64,000 nucleotides of DNA, from the NCBI GenBank assembly GCA_963845755.1, contig CAWJTV010000033.1, positions 224,001-288,000 of the forward strand, given 5' to 3'. Made by a program: the position numbers and the translations under genes. The stretch is from an uncultured Planctomycetota bacterium (lineage in GTDB: Bacteria > Planctomycetota > Planctomycetia > Isosphaerales > Isosphaeraceae). Positions 57,568 through 64,000 of the stretch are shown here, one piece after another. The notes beneath the pieces were generated by a model. It searched no databases. It saw only the letters and a list, made by a program, of their open reading frames with translations, and was not told where the DNA came from. The stretch's first letter is position 1. Each line of letters opens with the position of its first letter.

Positions 57568-57975
57568 CAGAATTCCAGGACGACCTGCTGGACAAGGCGA
57601 TGGCGCTCGTGCGGCGGTGAGTTGCCCCGCGGACGTGGGACACGTTCCGGCTGACGGCGATCGAATCGAAAGTTGCGGAATCTGCCAGCACACGCTTGAG
57701 GAGCCGACGTGTGCCGCGGCTTGCGACCTCGAGCCCGAGCGCGGCACCTGGATCACTCACTCCGCGGCCGGCCAGGCTCGACATGCGAGCCCCGAGCGCA
57801 CGCTATCGCTGACCTGCCGCGCCGTCGAGTTGGGGCCCCGAACGAGGCTATGTACCTCAACACACTCGGCATCGCTCAATACCGCGCGTTCCCTTTCGCG
57901 CAAGCGACCGAGGCTCTGCAACGAAGCCCCGCCGGGACCGAGAGTGGCTTGGAGCTGACCTTGGCATGGCCGAGA
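57568..57975 (+). pseudogene. Collapsed ECF sigma C-terminal remnant plus TPR remnant
   Basis: EFQDDLLDKAMALVRR*VAPRTWDTFRLTAIE matches the 45581 sigma; YLNTLGIAQYR is a TPR motif typical of kinase tails. Confidence 0.7.
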
Positions 57976-57977
57976 TA

Positions 57978-58040
57978 GGGCAGGAAAAGGGACAGGGCAG
58001 GAAAACGGGGAGGAAAACGGGGGGAGGAAAACGGGGACAT
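57978..58040. repeat. Tandem GGAAAACGGGG units
   Basis: Three GGAAAACGGGG units plus GGAAAAGGGAC; the same unit occurs twice at 41630-41662. Confidence 0.7.
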
Positions 58041-58260
58041 AGCACATATCAACAAATATACGAAATCGGCTTCGACTCTAGGGCATCTGTCGATATTCGC
58101 GATGTCCCCAACTCGGTCCTTGGCGATGGAAGACGATAGCGGAGAATCGAGTGATCAAAGGGACATTGCTGATCGGCGCCAATCTTCCGCGAGTCTCTGG
58201 CAAGCGGGAAGGAAAGTCATCGTCAGATCAGCACTTCGAGGAAGGTCGGCGTCAGGAACC

Positions 58261-58354
58261 GTCGTTGTCGGAACCGCGTTTCGGGGAACCGTTGATAAAC
58301 CTGATCTAACACGGGAGTGAGTCATTGTCGGCTCCGCGTTTCGGGGAACCGTTG
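58261..58354. repeat. 34-bp direct repeat pair with 60-bp period
   Basis: gtcgttgtcggaaccgcgtttcggggaaccgttg versus gtcattgtcggctccgcgtttcggggaaccgttg (31/34 identical). Confidence 0.75.
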
Positions 58355-58495
58355 GTGGGGGAAAGTTGAGGAGGATGATCCGACGCCGGATCGCCTCCCG
58401 GGCGATGTGAGCTCGCTTGCCCCCCATCTCAGGGCAGTGTTGCCGTTACAGCCAACCCGGGATGATACGTCACCATCAACCGGAGTCCATCGCCG

Positions 58496-60340
58496 ATGCC
58501 GGACGACTTGGTTCCTATCCACGGTTGTGCAAACGAACGCCGATTTGGGGACGTCGTATTCGTCCACGGGCTCAACGGCAATGCGCGCGAATACTGGTGC
58601 TACGAGGGTAAACGGGAGAATTACTGGCCCGCCTGGCTCGGCGAAGACCTGCCCGAAATCGGCATCTGGTCCCTGGGTTATGAGAACGCGGCCTTCAAGC
58701 CGAGGAAAGTTTCCTTCCTGGGCCGCTCCGGCTACCGGGGCTTTGCCATGCCGCTCTGGGACCGGGCCAAGAGTGTCCTGCTCCAGTTGGAGGTCGCAGG
58801 ACTTGGCGACCGCCCCCTGGTGTTCGTCACTCACAGCATGGGAGGCCTGCTCATCAAGCAATTGCTCAGCTCCGCGAACGAAAACTCCGCCCAGGGCCCT
58901 TGGCAAGCCATCATCGAGAATACGCGTGGCGTCTGCTTCATCGCGACGCCGCACATCGGCTCCGATCTCGCGAAATGGGCGTCCTATTTCCAGACATTCC
59001 TCGGCACCAACGTCTCCATCGAGGAATTAAGGCCCCACGACGCGATGCTGCGGCAACTGAATGAGATGTACCTCAACCTCGTGACGAGTAAAGGTAACAA
59101 GATCCAGACACTCTCGTTCTACGAGACGAAACCCTTATTCGGCGACACCCTCGTCGTCGCCGAGGGCGACGCCAATCCGAACGTCCCCCGGGCGGGACTT
59201 TACGCCCTGGGCGAGGACCACATCTCGATCTGCAAGCCTCGGTCGAAATCGTCGGCGATCCATAAAAAGCTGGTCGATTTTATAAAAAATGACTGCTTGA
59301 AACTCCCGGACGCCCCGGCGTCACAGACCGGCCAGATACCGCCCCCAGGAGAGACGACGTGGTCTCCGAGCCCCACACCGGTTCGTGAGACTCGGAAGCC
59401 CGCACTCCTGGTCTCCCTCATCGGAGTTGCCGCGGTCGCCTGCGTTCTCGTGGTGCTCGCGACACGCCACTTCGGACCCGCAAGCGGCCGGGCCGACCTT
59501 CCGAACCCGGCCGGCCCGCCGATTGCCATCGAGAAAGGCAAGGAGCCGGCCATCGAGCTCCCGAAGGTCCGGACGGAAATCGCCTCCAAGGCCACGGCCA
59601 GCACCGACGTGAAAAAACCGGGCCAGCTCACTCTCGGCGCCGTGGTCAAGGGTCGGGTCGACCCCATGTCCCGGACCAGCAAGTCCCATTACTGGCTCTA
59701 CGACTTGCCCGCCGGCAATTATAAAGCCGTCGCGGACATGGAGCGCAGCGACCGCGACAGCTCGAACATCCAGGCCACGTTGTTCTGGCTCAACCAGGAC
59801 GGCGGAGGCCAGCAGCTCCTCGGCCATTTCAACGACATCGACTATCGCGCGCGGCACACGTTCGCGTGCAGACTGGACGAACCGCGAAAGGGGATCATCC
59901 GCGTGGAATCGTCCGGGGCGATGATGGACTACGATTTCGGCCTCTTCGAGTTGACGGCCTCCGTGCCCGTACCGTTCTTCCGCAACGCCCCCAAGGTGAC
60001 TCCCATCCAACTCGAGCAATCCGTCACGTCTCCGCTTCTGGACAACACGTCTTGGAAGACCGATAGTGCGTACTACTCCTTGACGTTACCCGCCGGTGAT
60101 TACACGTGGTCGGTGGAAATGCGAAGGTTGGACGACAGGGTGTCGAATCTCCAGGGTGGCGTGTTCGCGCTAGACGAGGATGGCGTCATCACGGCGACCC
60201 TGGGTGGATTCAATGAGATCGACAGCCATACCGTCAAGTCATTTCCGATGGCTCTTTCTGAAGAGCAATTCATGATCCTGCGCGTCACGGGAGGACAGGT
60301 GAAGGCGACGATCAAGGTATCGCCGCAGCGCCAAGAATAG
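58496..60340 (+). CDS. SERAC1/PGAP1-like alpha/beta hydrolase with TM segment and duplicated extracytoplasmic beta domain
   Basis: FVHGLNG, THSMGG, IATPHIGS and DHISICKP; TM LLVSLIGVAAVACVLVVLA; two LPAG.Y...M.R.D...SN.Q repeats. Confidence 0.85.
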   Translation: MPDDLVPIHGCANERRFGDVVFVHGLNGNAREYWCYEGKRENYWPAWLGEDLPEIGIWSLGYENAAFKPRKVSFLGRSGYRGFAMPLWDRAKSVLLQLEVAGLGDRPLVFVTHSMGGLLIKQLLSSANENSAQGPWQAIIENTRGVCFIATPHIGSDLAKWASYFQTFLGTNVSIEELRPHDAMLRQLNEMYLNLVTSKGNKIQTLSFYETKPLFGDTLVVAEGDANPNVPRAGLYALGEDHISICKPRSKSSAIHKKLVDFIKNDCLKLPDAPASQTGQIPPPGETTWSPSPTPVRETRKPALLVSLIGVAAVACVLVVLATRHFGPASGRADLPNPAGPPIAIEKGKEPAIELPKVRTEIASKATASTDVKKPGQLTLGAVVKGRVDPMSRTSKSHYWLYDLPAGNYKAVADMERSDRDSSNIQATLFWLNQDGGGQQLLGHFNDIDYRARHTFACRLDEPRKGIIRVESSGAMMDYDFGLFELTASVPVPFFRNAPKVTPIQLEQSVTSPLLDNTSWKTDSAYYSLTLPAGDYTWSVEMRRLDDRVSNLQGGVFALDEDGVITATLGGFNEIDSHTVKSFPMALSEEQFMILRVTGGQVKATIKVSPQRQE

Positions 60341-60456
60341 ATTCATCGGCCACGAAACACCTCGATCGCGCCGGCGGACAAGAGCGTCGGTTTCAATGCC
60401 ATGCTCGCGAACCTGGCCTTCCCGGCCGACCCGTTCGCGCAAGGGCAATAAAGTAA

Positions 60457-61026
60457 ATGGGTGACATCGAATTCGTTCAACTGCTGTCCTCGCGCCTCAT
60501 CTTGAGGCGGCTTCGCGAATCGGACCTCTTGCGGTTCTGCGGCTATCGATCCGATCCTCGGGTCGCGCGATACCAGGACTGGGAATCCTGGTCGGAGGAG
60601 GAGGGACGTCGGTTCATCGAAGGGCAGACGACGCTCCATCCCGACGTACCGGGGACCTGGTTCCAGTTGGCGATCGAACTCGTGGAGACGGGGGAATTGA
60701 TCGGCGACTGCGGACTGCATACCCTCGCGGATCGGCCGGGCCAGGCGGAGATTGGGATCACGATGGCCTGCGAGCACCAGGGCCGAGGTTATGCGACCGA
60801 AGCGGTCAGTTGCCTACTCGATTATGTATTCAGGAGACTAGGAAAGCATCGCGTGATCGCCGTCGTCAACACGCGGAACACGCCCGCGGTGCGCCTGCTG
60901 GAGCGGGTCGGGATGCGGCGCGAGGGACACTTCATCGAGAACGTCTGGTTCAAGGGCGAGTGGGGGGATGAGTACCAGTACGCCATGCTCGAGCGAGAAT
61001 CGCGGGCGATGGCGACGTCTCAGTGA
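60457..61026 (+). CDS. GNAT (RimJ/RimL) N-acetyltransferase
   Basis: RLILRR, QGRGYATEA and LLERVGMRREG. Confidence 0.92.
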   Translation: MGDIEFVQLLSSRLILRRLRESDLLRFCGYRSDPRVARYQDWESWSEEEGRRFIEGQTTLHPDVPGTWFQLAIELVETGELIGDCGLHTLADRPGQAEIGITMACEHQGRGYATEAVSCLLDYVFRRLGKHRVIAVVNTRNTPAVRLLERVGMRREGHFIENVWFKGEWGDEYQYAMLERESRAMATSQ

Positions 61027-61249
61027 GGAGACGCTGCTTTGCGCGGCACACCTAAAGCCTCGATGACCTCAGCGTATTTCATCAGCAGGAAGTAGTTGCG
61101 CAGGCCGTAGCCGTGGTTCCGCACCGCCCTCTCCCAATAATCGTCCTGGTATGACTTCGGCGTGCTCGGGTGTACGCTGTCACTGCGCGAACAGAGTTGG
61201 CACATCGTCACACTCAAACATTCGGAAGGCAGCCGAGGGACAGGCCGCC

Positions 61250-61651
61250 TCATGGTTCCTGCGGGTACTCCTCCTTCGCCTGGCTGATCCGGAAGACGTG
61301 ACCGTCGGGATGCCGGACGTGCATCTCACGGACGCCCCAGGGCTCATCCGTCGGCGATATGGTGATCTCCAGGCCCTGCTCCAGGCAATCCCGATGCACC
61401 TAGACGACCCAGACCGACATCCAGACGCCCTTGTCGCCGTCATGGTCCCTCGTCGCCGCATGCTCGCTCTTGCCGCGGCCGCCCTGGCCGTTCTGGCACA
61501 GGAAGAGGGCGAACCTGCCTGAACCCACCGAGCCGAACGTAGGGGGTTCACCCCATTCCCAGAGCTTCTTCCAGCCCAGCTTCTCGAACCAGGCGAAGGT
61601 TTGCTGGATGTCCGAGACATTCCGGATCGGGTTGAGGTCCTTGGCGAGCAT
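61250..61651 (-). pseudogene. VOC/glyoxalase/bleomycin-resistance family gene with in-frame TAG at 61400
   Basis: FAWFEKLGW...VWVV*VHRDCLEQG...DEPWGVREMHVRHPDGHVFRIS. Confidence 0.8.
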
Positions 61652-61740
61652 GGCGGTTTCCCTGCAGAGGGGATTGCTGAATCCGACGACAATGGCGATG
61701 CCCAGCGAGTTTGCCTGACTTCCCCATGCCGATTGCCGAA

Positions 61741-62155
61741 TCAGCGAAGTTGCCCGTTGACGCGCAACTGCTTCTCCCGCAGCATCCCTCCCAACCAAGC
61801 CGGCGGCAGCGCGAGCACGACCAGCGATAGCGGATACCATTCGTGTCCGAGGGCCGGCGCCTGGTTCCACGTTGCCACGGCGCCCGCAATACTCACGATG
61901 AGTCCCAGCGTACCGAGGATCAGGGCGTGCCTCATGGGTCGATCGGGAGCAAGCCGGGCCGCGATGTATCCCCCGGCAATGGCGTAGGCCGTGCGATAGA
62001 TCGTGGCGAGAAGAAGCCTCCCATCGCCCATCGGCTGCCCGAGGGACGGGAAGACGCCGAGAGCGCCCAGTGCCACGTCGGTGCCGATCGAGAGAATGAT
62101 TACCGCCAGCACCCCGGCGAATATGGCCGCGATGCTTCGAAAGCGCCTGGCTCAT
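61741..62155 (-). CDS. Hypothetical four-TM membrane protein (5' frameshift)
   Basis: GGYIAARLAPDRPMRHALILG and WYP motifs; AGGAGG before the ATG at 62155. Confidence 0.8.
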
Positions 62156-62993
62156 GGCAGCCTCCTGCGTGATTCGTTGCCGGAAACCCGTCCCGTGAAT
62201 TGAAACGAGTTATCGGCAGATCATAAACTAGTGTACAGTAATAATCCAGAGGAATCAAGAAGGGAGGAGCGGGCGGGTATCGACCGCCGAGTTGCATCGA
62301 GTCAATGAGGCATGGTGTTCCATCGAGGACGAGGCCAGCGCATGCGAGCATGCCGGCGATTTCGGGCTGCGGTCATCGAGCAGTCGCGGTCGGTCTCTCA
62401 GTAGAACGACCACCGCGCGGCGATGGATCGCCGGATCAAGGCACGGTTGGGCTCGTAGATCGTCGGGGAGAAGTCGTATGCCACTCCCATCAGCGCCGTT
62501 GCAGTCTCCCGTCGAAAAAATTTATCCAGATTTTTTATGTCTCAGTTACATAAAGGGTTGCGCCGAGAGAAGGGGCCAATCTCACCGTAGGTGCATTTAC
62601 GCTTTTCCAAAGCTGCGGCATCCTAATAAGTAGTGGCCAGGTGTTAGTAGTCCGTGTTCCGCATTCCGGAAAGGCAAGACCTCGACATCGCTCGGATCTC
62701 CGCTTCGTCCCCCGGCATTTCCTGACGACGGACCACGGAGTCGCGATGCTGGAAAAGTTGCCAGGGAGTGCAAATCTCTGCCACCAGTTGGCTGCCCGAA
62801 GTCCAATCAGAAGAAGAGTTTACTTCAGAGCCACGTCATGCGTCCAACCAGCGGGTGTGCCACGCTGGCTCCGGGACAACTCAACCTCCGTCAGCGGATC
62901 GCGGAGATTCTGGGCGGTGATCCGGAAAACCGCTCGGCCAGGGCCTCGTGTCATGGTTTTCCTGGACCGCAGGGAACTCGATCCAAAACCGCG

Positions 62994-63543
62994 TTAGCCG
63001 ACCGCCTTGCCACACTGATTGCAGAACCGCGCGGCCGGGGTAAGGCTCGCACCACATCCCGGGCAGGACGGGTTCTCGAGTGCCGCCCCACACTGGCTGC
63101 AAAACTTGGCGCCCGCGGGATTGGAGGCATCACAACGAGCCGCAGGGAACGGTACCCGGATCGGATAGTCCATCTCCCCTGATCCCCGATGACATTCCGC
63201 GTCCCATCGCATGAGCCACGGTTTCGACCCCTCCCCGCGTTCCTTCGGCCATGGTGTTGAAGGTGTCTCTCGCCACGGGAGTGAGTTCCTCGGAGAGGTA
63301 CCGGAACGACTCGCCGAGATACGCAAGCCGGGTGAGAGCCAGTCCGACACCGATCATGGGCAAGCCGATAATCGCGGCCCAGAAGTATTTCGGCGGTTGA
63401 AAGGTCCCGAACGCCGAAAAGAAGCTGATCAGCCCGATCGCCGTCAGCACCACCCCGAGGACCACCACCGGGAGACCAAATAGGCGTAGGCCAGCTCGGA
63501 CCTTGTCGTGATGAGAATCGATGATGGGCGGAAGCTTTTGCAT
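62994..63543 (-). CDS. Membrane protein with C-terminal double zinc ribbon (frameshift near 63160)
   Basis: Two TM segments, then NPAGAKFCSQCG and CPGCG...RFCNQCG. Confidence 0.8.
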
Positions 63544-63674
63544 GGGTGTATCGACCTTTCACGGTTGGAACCTCAGGTAGTTCGGCTCGTGCGGGACGAT
63601 CTTAAGGCTGCTACAATCCGCTAGTGGAACTGGAGCCACGTTCTCGATTGTCAATCTTAATCGGATCGTTGAAG

Positions 63675-64000
63675 ATGCGAATCCTCGGCCTGAAGTTCGG
63701 TGCGATGGGGCTAGCCCTGAGCCTCACGGCCGTCGCGCTGACCGCCTGGGGCGAATGGGGGCGTCGCCGCGGGCCGACGACGATCCGGTCCCGGATCCGA
63801 AGGCTCCGGGTCCGATCGTCTTTCGCGAGGTCGCCGCATCGGCCGGGGTTTCCTTCCGGTTCGAGACTGGAACGCGGGGCAAGCACGACCTCCCCGAGAT
63901 CATGGGAGGCGGCGTGGCGATCTTCGATGCCGACGGCGATGGACGGCTGGATGTGTACCTGTGCAACGGGGGCCCGATCGACCCGGCGCCGGGTCGGCCG
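63675..64000 (+). CDS. CRTAC1/ASPIC-UnbV FG-GAP repeat protein (partial)
   Basis: Signal peptide, FREVAASAGVSF and PEIMGGGVAIFDADGDGRLDVYLCNG. Confidence 0.88.
   Translation, partial: MRILGLKFGAMGLALSLTAVALTAWGEWGRRRGPTTIRSRIRRLRVRSSFARSPHRPGFPSGSRLERGASTTSPRSWEAAWRSSMPTAMDGWMCTCATGARSTRRRVG

Noticed and set aside
61400..61402. In-frame TAG as a recoding site
   Set aside because: It appears to coincide with a short deletion in the VOC fold and no pyl genes are present, so it is treated as a lesion or error.

Overview
This is a GC-rich bacterial window with a strong Planctomycetota (Isosphaeraceae-like) signature, inferred from gene content. It holds four ECF sigma factors, four large Ser/Thr kinases (two with FGE/C-type-lectin C-termini), PEP-CTERM and beta-propeller proteins, a multiheme-TPR protein, PIN-domain toxin-antitoxin loci, two IS elements, a group II intron relic and several REP/MITE families. 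Many genes are broken by single-base indels, probably long-read errors, so several ORF-track entries are artefactual fusions or antisense shadows. No rRNA, tRNA, CRISPR array or reverse transcriptase was found. Main findings: (1) an unannotated 38-aa Tyr/Phe/Trp-rich leader peptide with complete attenuator hairpins upstream of DAHP synthase; (2) a structured transcript just upstream of it carrying a 14-nt perfect complement to the 16S 3' end and a 10-codon ORF; (3) repeated cassettes of a fixed-spacing promoter-like motif plus an intact or decayed ECF sigma gene, mostly set divergently from surface or propeller protein genes; (4) a kinase-STAND-TPR-CLec protein whose 3' end looks like a DGR variable region; (5) palindromic elements inserted in-frame inside kinase genes.
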